A stretch of 64,000 nt of DNA, from contig CDMY01000270.1 of assembly GCA_001179505.1 (NCBI GenBank), positions 62,001-126,000 on the forward strand. The letters are read 5' to 3'. Position 1 is the stretch's first letter, and each line of letters begins with the position of its first letter. This DNA is from Vitrella brassicaformis CCMP3155 (taxonomy: Eukaryota; Protista; Chromerida). The position numbers and the translations under genes were made by a program. The notes under the pieces are model-generated. The model searched no databases. It saw only the letters and a program-made list of their open reading frames with translations, and was not told the origin of the DNA. Shown here piece by piece: positions 37,420 to 50,163 of the stretch.

Positions 37420-38732
37420 ACCTTACACCCCTATTTGGGTGGGTGGCTGGTCGGCTGGTGGGCGTAGTCTTAGGGGCGGGAGGTGAGGTGCGGTGCAGTG
37501 CGATGCATTGCGGCTGTGTGAGCGAGAACTCTCATCGCTCATGCCGTGCCATCCGTGTGTTCCTGTCATGTGTCTGTCTGCCTTTCACGGGACGCTTGTC
37601 TGATCCGTTAATCTGAATGTCTTCGTGCTCGAATCTTGGGGTCCATCTCGCACGCTTGGCTCGTGTGGTGCCCTGGCACATGTGCCGCAAAAATGCCAAG
37701 AGAAGGTGACACAGGCATGACACCACACACACATAGCTCGCATGGACAAGACTCATCTGGACTAGGTAGACGCCACGCACTGTCCACAGGCCTGTCTGCA
37801 GAGAGAGGGATGGATCGCCTCATAGGCACACGACACACGAATGGGGTGGCTGCAAACGACGCACACGCATCGATCGCACCCTTGCTTGCACCAATCAATC
37901 AACCAAGGACTACGTGACCACAGACAGTCGGTCGAGAAATGACCAACTAGAAATCGAACGACCGACCGACCATTTGGCTCGCCGAGTGGCTGCCTGCCTG
38001 CCTGCCTGGCTGGCTGGGGTTCGTTCGTTGGTTCCTTCGACAAAACAGCCAGTCAGTCAGCACAGGGAAACTTCAAGCCAGTCAGTCGGTGCGACGTGAG
38101 TGATATATATGAGATGTTATGTGAGATACGATACAGATGGGATGGCTGGAAGGGACGGGAGGGGAAAAAGACTGACTGCTCTTTCTTATCTTAAACACTT
38201 GTGACACGCACAGACAGACAGATGCATCCATCTCATGAGCACAACAAACTCACAACACGTGTGTGTCTCAGTCAGTCAGGACTACCTACCTTACCAACCA
38301 GTCAACCAACCAACCAACCAAACCAACCAACGGGAAAGACTCACTTGATAGGCGGACGGGGGAGGGAGGGAGGGAGATCAGCCAGACAGACAGAGAACCC
38401 ACCGTCGCACACGCGGAAGGAGTGGTTTGGTGTTGTCAGGCGGTCACTCAGTCAGTTAGACATACAGAGGAACAGACGGACGTACGTGCGCACGCATACC
38501 CATGGCAAAAAGAGTCCGCTCACACACACACACGACACACGACGGCAACGCGTCACTTCTCAACCCGCATCAGACAGACTAGACACACACACACACACGC
38601 ACACACGCAGAGGCAGCAAACTTCCCCGCTTACACCTTTCTGTGTCTCCCCCTCCCTCCGTCCCTCCGTCCCTCCCTCCCTCCGTCCCTCCCTCACTCCG
38701 TCCCTCTCTGCGCCCCGCCCATGGTCAACTAC

Positions 38733-41700
38733 CTACCCCTCGTGCTGCTCATCATCGTCCATGGCCCCCTCAGTATCCCCCTGCGGTGCCGTCCCCAGAG
38801 CGAACCCCATCCCACCGTGGCCGGCGTACTGAGGGCTCAACGGCGCCTGCTGGGGCGCCTGGGGCTGCGGCTGCCCGTGGGCCGGTGGTCTGTAGCCAGC
38901 AGTGGTAGTGGAGATGCCCTGCTGCTGCTGCTGCTGACTGGACATCTTCATTTGCATGGCCAGCTGCTCCATGAACCTCATCTGCTGAGGTGCCAGGTTG
39001 ACCTGAGGGGGGGTGCTGGTGGCCAGCTGGGAGAAGGGGCTGGCAGGGGCCTCTGGCGGCTGCTGCTGCTGCGGCTGCGGGAGGTGGTCAGGGGAGGGGG
39101 CGGCGACGCTTTGCGGGAGTGGCATCGACTGCGACAGCAACGATGGCACGCCAGGCTCCTCCTTGACCCAGGGATAGGTGCTGCCCATCTCGTGCATCGA
39201 CTCCTGCTTCCTCTTGTTGCCCCACCCCCCGACCCCGTCGACACCCACACCCACACCCACACCCATGCCCAGCCCCCAGCCCCCCTGGTTGGCCTCCTGG
39301 TTGACCGTCGGGGGCGAGGAAATGGCCAGGTTGCCGCCCCGCAACACGCCCCTGTGTGCCGTCATGGCACGCCTACGCTGGGGCGACCGCACACCGGCGA
39401 CGAACTCGTGCGGCTGTGGCCCGAAGGCGGGGGAGCCGATGGTGGCGACGCCCCCACGGTTGACGAGCGGCCCGCTGCCACCGAACTCTGGTGGCATGAG
39501 GCCCTCAGCAAAGCCTGGCGGGGACGCCGGGGGGAGGGGTGAGGCGAAGAGTGGGCCCGGCTGTGGGCTGAGGCCCGCACCGAAGCCTGGCGGGGAGAGC
39601 TCTGCTTGGGGGATGGGCGATGATGGGAGGAGGGAGTGCTGTTGGTGGTCCCCTCCCCCTCCCCCTGCTCCCCCCGCCCCCCTCTGTTGGTGTGGGTTGG
39701 CCCGCTCGGCGCACCGCCGCATGTGGTCCAGGTGCAGCTGCACAGCCTCCTCCCACAAACCGCAGATATACGCCATCTTAAACAACTGCAATCAAGCCAA
39801 ACATCATCAGACACACCAACACAGCACAGAGGGAGGGAAGAAAGAACTGATGGGATGGTGCGCCTCTGCCGGACAGGCGCACGTGTGTGTGTGTGTGTGT
39901 GTGTGCTGTCTTTTCACCTGCGGCAGTGTGGCGTTTCGCATCTCCCCGTACTTGAGACCATGATCGAGCAACGTCTGATCCTGCACGCAACATCAATCAA
40001 CAGACAGACCAGAGAGAGCGAGCAGCACACACTCCAAGGTGCTTCAGGAACTGGTAGCTGGAGTGCCGCCTGTCTGTCTGTCCCACCATGAAGTCCTTGT
40101 TGAGCTCGTGGAACTCCCTGAGCCTCTTGAGCAGAGCCTTCCGGCCCTCACCGCCCAACTTCAATGCTATGCCCTCCCTGACCAACACACCCAATGCGTG
40201 CATGAGTGTGCATCTGAATGGTGCCGGCCATGCCACGTGCTCGTCATGTGTGTGTATGGTTCGGACTCGTATTCGATGGTCTCTCGTGTGGTGCCCGAGG
40301 GGCTGCGTGTGATGACCGCCGCCGGCTCACGCACCTGGCGCGTCTTGTTGCGCCGCCGCTGAGCCTGAACCCACACACAGCATTCACACACACAGAGGTC
40401 ATGTCGCTGAGACATGGAGTGGCTGGCGCACCGACCCTGAAGTGTCTCATCTCAGCATGGTGAGGGCTGAGTGGAATGTAGCCCTTGTACTCCAGATGAA
40501 GACGCACAGCCACTGGCCACAGTTCACTGAGGGAGAGAGGGAGAGATAACAGGGAACGGTGTCCAGTGCGTTTTCCTTCCGCATCATTCCCTCTCCCCCC
40601 CTCCCTACCAGTCGACCGCCAGTCTAAGCAGCTCAATGATGGGGGTGTTCTGGTGCACCCGCTTCTCGACACCATGACGCCCTGCACACACCAGACGAGA
40701 CGAGACGACACCAGCCTGCCGTCTGACTCGTTCTCGTTCTGTCTTCTCTTCTGTCTGCCTCCTTCTCACGTGTGGCCTTGATGTAGTTCCTCAGCAGCTC
40801 CCTGCCGGCATCGCCGAGCGAGAAAGTGATGCCGTCGTGGTACTGAGGAACCTGTCAGACAAGACACCAACCAAACCGTCACATAGGCGGACAGCAGTCA
40901 TGCCCCATCCCCCTGGCCTCTCTGCCCACTCACCACGCGCTGTGCGCTCAGCGGCAGGTCGTCGAGGGTCAACATCTCCAGGGGCGCCTCGACGATCGGT
41001 GGGGCCGCCATGCCCCCATTGCCGTCCGTCTCGCCGTAGACAGGGCCGCCAGCACCGCCCACAGTGGTGAGTTGGTAGTAGGAGGTCGGTGAGGGGAGTG
41101 GCTGGTATGAGACGCCCGTGTAGGGCGGGTAGAGCTGCTGCAGCTGCTGGTGGTGGTGGTAGGGCGCCTGCTGCGTCGTGGCGCTACCGGTGCCGCTGCC
41201 GTCGTTGTCGGAGTCCTGCGACGACCGGTCGTCGCTCATTATCTCGCCCCGCTCCAACTTAACCATCTGTCTTGGCAACCAACAGATCCAATCGGCACAC
41301 ACACACATCCCTCCCTCCCTCCCTCCCTCCATCACCTTGGTCCTGTTCTGCCCAGCTCACCGGTTGGAAGCCGTCCCTGGGGCTCCCTCCCTCGTATGGT
41401 CCCGGTATGGGCGTGTTGGGCGGGACCCTCCCCATGCCGCCATATGGCGAGTAGATTTCTGCCTTCACGTCAGCCTCCTGCGGCACCAAGGGCACGGCGG
41501 CCGGCGGCTGTGGGTGCGAGTCGAATGACATGGTCAGTGATGGGGGCGGGGGGGCCATCGAGGCAGTGGAGCTTCGCTGCGATGCACCGCCAGGCAGGCC
41601 CACAGAACCCATGTACGCGCCCATCGGACCAAACAGCTTCCTGTCATCCTGCAAACACACATACAAGGCAAGGCAAGGCAAGGCAACGCAAGGCGACACG

Positions 41701-42828
41701 AACGACAGACACCATTGACCCAGTTGTCAACACAGACACTCGCGCACAGACATGCTCTCCCCTCCCCTCCCCCTTTTACCAGTGTGTTTTCCACGGGGAG
41801 TTTGTCAAGCAGCGCCTCTCCCGGCTCGCCGATCATGGAGAGGTCGTGGCCGCCATTCTCCCCCTCCCCCTCAGCAGCCCCCTCCGGCGGCGGCGCCGAG
41901 GAGGGTCTGGGTGGGACGGCGAATCCCTGCTCGCCCCACGAGTTGCTGGGCCGCATGTAGTCGACCATCATGGCGCTGTCAGTGCCGATGGGCACCGGGG
42001 GGAAGTCCAGCTGGGCGGCCGAGTGCTGGTGGGTGAGGAAGAGGCACGAGGAGAGATGCGACTGGTGCCGCTGGAGCGAGGGGCGGTTGAGGGACGCCTC
42101 CAGCGAACTCGTGTTGAATAGAAGACCCGCACCAGCCGTATCCTGCACACACAGACAGACAGACAGACAGACAGACAGAGGAGGGAGGGGTAAAACAAAC
42201 ACGATTTGATCAGCAGGAACCATCCAATTGTTGTTTGTCGTCCCTCCCATCCCTCCCTCAGTTCGTTCGAACCTACCTGTGACATGAGTCTCTGCAGCTT
42301 CCGGACGGGCTGCTCGATAGAGCTGTTGCGATTGAGGAACAGATCCCTTCCCCCCAGACTCAGCCCGCTCATCCCCCCAGACAGCTGTCGCACCAAAGGG
42401 TCCTCAAACATCGACACACCAGGGCCGTTGTACGCCGACGATCCCGTGGGGAACGGCCGGCCGACGTCCTCCATGTTGCTGTCGCCGCGCAACGCAGGCA
42501 TGGGCCCGAGCGCGTTGCTCGCCGCCGGGCTGGGGCGTGACGGCGTCCGCTCCATCGATGGCGGGTTTGTCTCGCCGAGGAGCATGTCGTTGACATGGCC
42601 TCCTCGGTCACCCTGCTGGGCCGCCCACGCATAGCCGGCGAACGAGGATGGGTCTCGCTGCATGGAAGGGAGGGGCAGCGGGACCGATGACGGCGGTGGG
42701 GGAGGTTCCATGGGTGCGGCGGAGGACGGGGGGAGCTCCATGGAGTCGGCCTCTGCCAGCTGGACGTGTTGGGCGTACTCGAAGGGGAGCTTGCTGTCAG
42801 CGCGTGAGGGGCTGCTGGGGTGCGCCAT
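38733..42828 (-). CDS. Putative transcriptional regulator: low-complexity Pro/Ser/Gly/Gln regions around two tandem copies of a small helical domain; 5' end uncertain
   Basis: Spliced repeats DGITFSLGDAGRELLRNYIKAT|RRHGVEKRVHQNTPIIELLRLAVDC|ELWPVAVRLHL and EGIALKLGGEGRKALLKRLREFHELNKDFM|DQTLLDHGLKYGEMRNATLPQ|LFKMAYICGLWEEAVQLHL. The last exon is Gln/Pro-rich. Confidence 0.6.
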
Positions 42829-43630
42829 GATGATAATACAATCGACTCGTGGGACACGCAGCCGACCACTCACTCAGTAACACCCAGTACCCTCCTGAGG
42901 AACACACGAAGCACAACAAACAGAAGGGACGGGCAGGAAATGTCATAGCGAAACAAGGACAGGCAGCCGCCTTCTCCTCCCACCTGAATCTTCCTTCCAC
43001 GTGGCTGTGCTGTGTGTGTCTGCAGCTCAATCAGACGGTCACCCCCGCCGCTTGTTCGCGCCAGGCCACTGCTCTTCAGGAATTCGGCGATTCATCAAGC
43101 AGGCGCTGCTCTCCCTGCTGCTGCCTGCCCTGATGGGAAAACGGAAACGCGCATCTTTTCTCTTTTCTTTAAGCTCGCATATTCTGCGGCTCGCAGGGTT
43201 CTTCTTCGTCGAGATTCCTACACCGCTCTGGGAGGCTGCTGCGGAGCCCATTACACTACCATTACATGTAGGTTGGCGCGCTGGGCGCCGCATGCAGCTT
43301 CTCAGTCTCTCGAATCACGCGGCACAAAGGATCAGTGGAGGCGAGGGGGTCTTCACGTGGCTGTAGTGACTGCTGGTGGCGGATAGAGGGTCTCGGCATC
43401 ACCAGCTGTCATTTGAGATGGCATTTCTCCTGCGCCCCCGCCGCTGGGACTCATAGCAGAGCCGACAGGAGTCGCTCGGGAGGCCGCCGGACAAGCCGCT
43501 GCAGTGTAGGCTCCTCGGGTCGGGGCGCTGACTGACTTTGTCCCACAGTTTGTCTGTGGGCCAGGCCAGGTTTCGGTCCGCGGTGAATAGTCTCTAACTG
43601 GTGCGTCGTTCGGGTCGTTTGGGTGTGGCG

Positions 43631-43876
43631 ATGATTCGTTACAAGATAACCAAGGTGGTGGGTGACGGCACCTATGGGTCCGTCATGAAGGCCATCAACA
43701 AGCAGAACGGGGAAGTGGTACGAGAGAGAGACCCAATGGAGGGATGGATGGATGGATGGGAGAGGTCTGCATCTTATGATGTGTTGTGTTGTGTTGTGTG
43801 TTTAGGTAGCGATCAAGAAGATGAAGAAGAAGTACTACAGCTGGGAGGAGTGTATGCAGCTCAGGGAGGTCAAGGT

Positions 43877-43910
<34 letters not shown>

Positions 43911-44196
43911 ATGGATTGATGGGTCTTTCCATTCCATATGTGCGTCAGTCGTTGCGGAAGTTGGTCCACCCGAATGTGGTGAAGCTCAAGGAGGTGATTC
44001 GCGAGAACGACGAGCTGCACTTCGTCTTCGAGTACATGGAGGTCAACCTCTACCAGCTGATGAAGGACAGGGTCAAAATGTTCCCCGAACAAAAAATCAG
44101 AAACATCATGTAAGGAGGAGGAGGGGGAGGAGGGGGAAGCTGCTGCTGGGCTTCCTGCTCTCCCTACTTGCTGATGCGATGCGATCTGATACATCC

Positions 44197-44228
<32 letters not shown>

Positions 44229-44923
44229 GTATCAGTCCCTCCAGGCGTTGGCCTACATGCACAAGCACGGCTACTTCCACGTGAGCATGGCAACAATACG
44301 ACACATAACATACGGCGGCATATTGCTTCCTTCCCTCCCGTCATGTCTGTCCTATATGTTTCAGCGTGACGTGAAGCCCGAGAATCTGTTGGTGACCAAG
44401 GAGACGGTCAAGCTGGCCGACTTCGGCCTCGCCCGCGAGATCAGGTCCAGGCCGCCCTACACCGACTACGTCTCCACACGATGGTGCGCTGCTGCTGCCT
44501 CCCTCTGCACTGCACGAGGCACACTTGAGCATCTCATCTGCGTGTGTGCTGCTGTGTGTGGCATGGACAGGTATCGCGCTCCGGAGGTGTTGCTGCGGTC
44601 GCCAAATTACAACTCGCCCATCGACCTGTGGGCAGCTGGTGTGCACACACACACGCGCCACACACCACACGCACACAAAGAGGCAGGCAGCTGATTCGAC
44701 TGACTGAGGGAGAAACAAACCACATTCAATTCTGCGTGGGGGTGGGTGTGGTGTGGTTCATTCAGGTGCGATAATGGCTGAGTTGTATTTGCTGCGGCCG
44801 CTGTTCCCTGGGTCGTCAGAGGCCGATGAGATATACAAGATATGCTCGGTGCTCGGTAGGCCGGAAGGCAGCCACGGCACGGCAGGACCCAATGTGTACG
44901 TGTGTGTAAGTGGAAGTGTGTTT

Positions 44924-44958
<35 letters not shown>

Positions 44959-47500
44959 AAGGCACGCCCACTAGCAAGGACTGGGAGGATGGGCAGAGGC
45001 TGGCCGGGGCGATAGGATTCAGATTCCCACAGGTCGGTCACACAGGATGCAATGCAGACACATGGCACGTCACACAGGCCACCCACACACGCACACACAC
45101 ACTCACTCTTGGTCTCTTCTCTCTGCGTCTTGTGTGTGTTGTGCATCCATTGTGTGTGTGCAGTTTGTGCCGACCCCTTTGCATCAGATCATCACCAACG
45201 CCTCCCATGACGCCATCGATCTCATGAACAGACTCTTCACCTACGACCCACAAAAGAGGTCAACCACGCACACACATGCACACACATGCACACACATACA
45301 CACACATACACACACATACACACGCGCACCCGGCCATCCACTCAACGCCATAACCATGCTCTCTCTGTGTGTGTGTGCCTGTGTGCAGGATAACGGCGGT
45401 CGAGGCGATCCGGCACCCGTACTTCTCCACCCACATCCCTCCCCAGCGCACCCTGCCCGACCAACACCACGTGCGGGACCACTCCCGTGACTATGGTGGT
45501 GCGGTCCACCACCCGCAGCCCCAGCAGGGCGGCGGGGCGGGGGTGCCACCACACGGCATATCGCCGCCAGTCGCACTGGAGAGGGACAGGGACAGGGAGA
45601 GGGAGAAGCCGGAGAGGCCACACCCAGAGATGAAGGGTACGCGTGTGGGCGGGGGAGAACGAAACACTCAACCATCCCGTGTGTGTGTGATGGTCTGTCT
45701 GTCTCTTCATTCAGGTCCGTATGGCAGCAAGATAGCCCGCCCCCAGGTCACCTCCTCCAACTCCCCGCCCCCCCTAGCCATAGACCTCAACAGGCAGAAC
45801 TCCTCCCAGCTCAACTTCCCCCCCATCGCCCGCAGACTCTCCGTCGAGCGCAAGCCCAAAGACCTCCTGCTGCAGCAGCACCACCAGCACGCCTCAATCG
45901 GTGCGTCGGAGGGGATCGGGAGCGTGGGGGTGCCGTCTGCGGCGCCGTCGGCTGCCTCGGCGCCCGCACCGGTGATGAGCACGGGGCAGGTGGGAGGGAT
46001 TCCTGGGGGTGGCAAATACGCACGGTCCGTGCAGCCGCCCCAGCCCACTCAGGTAGGGTAAGCCAGCCATGTGGCGAGGCCAAGGGAGATGGATGGGAGG
46101 ATCTGATTGCATTGTGTTGTGTCCCTCCTGTTGGTTGTGCCATGTGGGCAGGTGTCTGGGGGCATGTTTCCCTCGATAGGCGACCGTGTCGGCCGCGACA
46201 GTCCACACAAGTTCTTGAGGCAACGCAGCCAAGAGCGTACGCCACGCCGGCCACAACACAACACCTCCCCCACCACACACACACACACACACAGAAGAAC
46301 CAGCACACACGCATCTCATCTCAATTCCATTCTCTCGTCTGTCTGCTGTGCATGTCAGTTCGCGGGCTTCAGCAGCCCCTGCCGACGTTCGGGTCAGCAG
46401 CGGTCAGGGAAGATTCCATCGGCGCTGCTGGAGGATCGCGGTAGGTACAGACGCACACAAGATTGGCACAGACACATGCCCCACCTGACTTACTTGGTCG
46501 TTCGTTGGTTGGTTCGTCCGTCACCTATCTATGTCAGCTATGCGCGCATGGCCCGTTACCAGCCCCCCATGGCGTACCACGTCCCCAGCCCCCCCAGACA
46601 GCACCAGCAGCAGCCCGCTGCCCCCGCATCCATCTCACCCCCACCAGCAGCGACCAGGCAACACCCACACCCTCACCCGCCACAGCAACCGGCAGCAGCA
46701 GCGGCATCAGCGGCATCATTCCCCATGCCTCCGCTGCACATCGGTCTGGGCGGGGAGGGCTTCAGGGCCGGAGCAGCAGGGGCAGGAGGGTGGGATCGGC
46801 CGTATGGTGGCGAGAGAGGTTCGTTGGGCGGGGGCAGGCTGCCCCTGCCCACCTTTGGGGCTCCTGGTGCTGGTAGTGGTGGTGCTGGTGGTGGTGCCGG
46901 AGGTAGTGGGGGTGGAGGCGGCAGCCCACCGCCCATATTGCCACGGGCGTCTGGCCTCGGGTAAGTGGGTGGGTGGGTGGGTGGGAGGGAGGGAGGGCAC
47001 NNNNNNNNNNNNNNNNNNNNNNNNNNNNNNNNNNNNNNNNNNNNNNNNNNNNNNNNNNNNNNNNNNNNNNNNNNNNNNNNNNNNNNNNNNNNNNNNNNNN
47101 NNNNNNNNNNNNNNNNNNNNNNNNNNNNNNNNNNNNNNNNNNNNNNNNNNNNNNNNNNNNNNNNNNNNNNNNNNNNNNNNNNNNNNNNNNNNNNNNNNNN
47201 NNNNNNNNNNNNNNNNNNNNNNNNNNNNNNNNNNNNNNNNNNNNNNNNNNNNNNNNNNNNNNNNNNNNNNNNNNNNNNNNNNNNNNNNNNNNNNNNNNNN
47301 GGGTAAGTGGGTGGGTGGGTGGGTGGGAGGGAGGGAGGGCACCGCAGACAGCACATATACACCGAGGGAGAGAGTACCACATGGATTGGATTGACGGAGG
47401 GAGGGATAATCGGGTGGTCTGTGGTCTGTGTGTGTGCTTGGTTCATTCATTCAGGTCCAACAGCCGCTCGAACGCGGCTCGGATGATGGGATTCAGCTGA
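43631..47500 (+). CDS. MAK: MAK/ICK (RCK family, CMGC) serine/threonine kinase with a long disordered C-terminal tail
   Basis: [39 protein letters not shown]|[32 protein letters not shown]|YRAPE (TDY loop) and [19 protein letters not shown]. Last exon [14 protein letters not shown]. Confidence 0.95.
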
Positions 47501-47743
47501 GGATGGCGGTGGGCTGTCGGCCTGTCTGTCGGCCTGGGTCTGCTAGGGAGGACGATAGCGACAGACAGACAGACAGAGATAGATGAGATGAGGGAGAGTA
47601 GCTGGTTGGCTCACTTGGATTCGCTGCATTGCATCGGTGCTGCTGTGTTTTGCCGGTGGGGTGGGTGGTGCCATCTGATCGATGTCTGTCTGTCTGCTTC
47701 CACTCCATTCTAGTATTGTGTATATCGAGCCATGGCTCGCTCC

Positions 47744-47776
<33 letters not shown>

Positions 47777-48182
47777 TTATGAGGAGAGGTGTGTGTGTGT
47801 GTGTTGTGTCTGTCTGTGTCCTTGTGTATGTGTGTGTATAGCCCGACTCGCCCGCCCCACACCCCCCACCCGCCATTGAACGAATGTTTGCGAGCAGCTG
47901 TGATGATTGACACATTCACGTGTTGATGGATTGAAACACATCTCTCTCTCGCAACCTTTGTCTGGCTGTCACAAACACGCCACGCCTGACCAGACAGGCA
48001 GACACACAGACACAGACAGCCAGCATTTCGCTGGTTCGCCATCTCATCAATCAGACACCGATGGCCACGATACTCTACACCCAATCACTGCAAGGTCTCC
48101 CTCCCTCGCGCCCCGCCCCTCCCCTCCCTCGCGCCCCTCCCTGTCCCTCAGGGTCTACCTGCCTGCCTGCCCCTTAATAAAT

Positions 48183-49033
48183 TCACTCATCTGTGCCGCC
48201 ACCCGGCCCCTCATCCCCATGGCTGGAGGGAATGTGGACAAACTTGACCTGTGGCGGGCTGTTGACCCCCGGCTTCCTCTCGGGAAGGGGTGCGGCTGCG
48301 CTGAGTCTTTTCTGCGCCATGTGGTCGGCCTCCCTTTGTTTGTCTTGTGGTGACTTGCCGGGTCGTGGGCTGGTGAATCCCTTGGGGTTGTACATCGAGT
48401 GGCTCGGCCGCCGGTAGACCGTGTCCTCCCAACCGCACAGGCTGCCCAAACCGCGACGCTCCAACGCTTTCTGATCCGACAGACAGACAACGGAGGGAGG
48501 GATATATGGGGGGACAAGACAGACACGGACAGACAAGACACACACAATGTCAGATAGATCGATGGATGGATGGCCGTCATTGTGTTGTCTGTCTGTCTGT
48601 CTGTCTGTCTTGTCAAGTCCTGACCGTGGCGCATTGCTTGTAAATGTCGTAGTCCTTCTGGCAGCTCTTTTCTGAGATGTCGCCTCGTAGGAAGTGGTGC
48701 CTGTACCAGTGGTTGAAGCACTGGTCGTACTTGAACTTCTCCTCACGACAGGCATAAAGCTGATCAACACACAGGACACAACACACAGCACACAGGGGCA
48801 CATCCATAGCACACTGCTCTGGTCCTTTCTTGTCTTCCTTGGCTCACCACGAGGTCGGCCATGGTGGAAAGGTTGACTTGGTAGGTGTCCTCCGGCTTCT
48901 GCCCCTTTTCCTTCATCTCGGGCGACCATTGCCTGGCGTGGAACTGAGTCACCACCGTGTCCGGCCCGTTGTACTCGAAGTACGCCGGGATGAACTTGGT
49001 GCTCGTCATCGTCGGACGAGAATCTACCGACAT
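48183..49033 (-). CDS. MDM35: Mdm35/TRIAP1-family mitochondrial intermembrane-space protein with N- and C-terminal extensions
   Basis: ACREEKFKYDQCFNHWYRHHFLRGDISEKSCQKDYDIYKQCAT|KALERRGL matches the twin CX9C Mdm35 signature (C..K..YD.CF..W...FL.G....C...F..Y..C). Confidence 0.8.
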
Positions 49034-49269
49034 CTTGACTGACAACAACACGCACGCCTCACACAATTCAACCCTGTCGTGTCGCGGTTCCTTGAGAAAG
49101 CGGGTGGGCGAGCTAATGTGCGATCGCGGGAACGCAACGGAAGCGAAGAAGGGGAAAGCGGCTCGGATAGCATCTATCGCAATGGGGCGGCTGTGTTGGT
49201 GAGCGAGAGCGGCCAAGATCTGCGGCCTTAGGTGGCGGCTGCGGTCAGTCGGCCCAGCACAGCGCTGCG

Positions 49270-50132
49270 ATGAAGAAGGCGCTCCGATTCGCTTTGCTGC
49301 TGGTGATCCCCGTTGCGTCGGTGCTCCTGGGCGCCAGCCTGTCGTACTCGTACATCGCCGTGGGCGTCTCGGTCATCGCCATCCTCATAGACCCCCTGCG
49401 AGTCGAGAGCAAGGCGCTGCCCTTCTTCGTCTACCTCCTGCTGGTCTCGGCCATCCAGCTTGGCTTCCTCCTCCTATACATGAACCCTATCACTGGAGGC
49501 ACCTCGACTAGCGACGGCTCACCCACACCAGCACCCTTCAGCCAGCGGCTGATGAAGCTAAGGGCGAGGAGGGAGAAGCTGCCGCCGGTCAAGGTGGTAG
49601 ATCAGCAGCAGAAGCAGAAACAGCAAAACAAACAGGGTGGTGATGTCAGTGCGGCCAAGGGAGGGCAGATGGCTAAGCTGCGGATGGTGTCGCCGGAGCG
49701 GTTTGAGAACAGCACCGACATGGTCCACGACCTGCGGATGGTGTCGGTCATCCTGGCGGCACACAACGAGCAGCAGTACTGCGAGAGGACGCTGGCGTCA
49801 ATCTATGACGCCACACCACCTGACATACTCAAGGAGATCATCATTGTGGTAAGTAAGGTAACAACAGGCAGTCGATGCGCTTTGGCTGTATTGTATGCGT
49901 GTGGTGTGGCTGGTGTGTGTTGTGTTAAGGATGACGGCAGCGACCCGCCGATGTCGACTGCCTACAATCACACGCGTTTCCCCAATGTCAAGATCATCCG
50001 CAACGAGGAGAGGGAGGGACTCATCCGGTCAAAACTCATCGGAGGCGATGCAGCAGAGGTAGGTATCACACCCTACCCTACCATCGCCATAGCATACACA
50101 AGCACCAGCACAAGACGCAGGCGAGACACCTC

Positions 50133-50163
<31 letters not shown>

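Noticed and set aside
46960-47342. Identical ~42-bp sequence on both sides of the 47001-47300 gap
   Set aside because: Overlapping contig ends within one MAK intron; an assembly artefact rather than a real repeat or target-site duplication.
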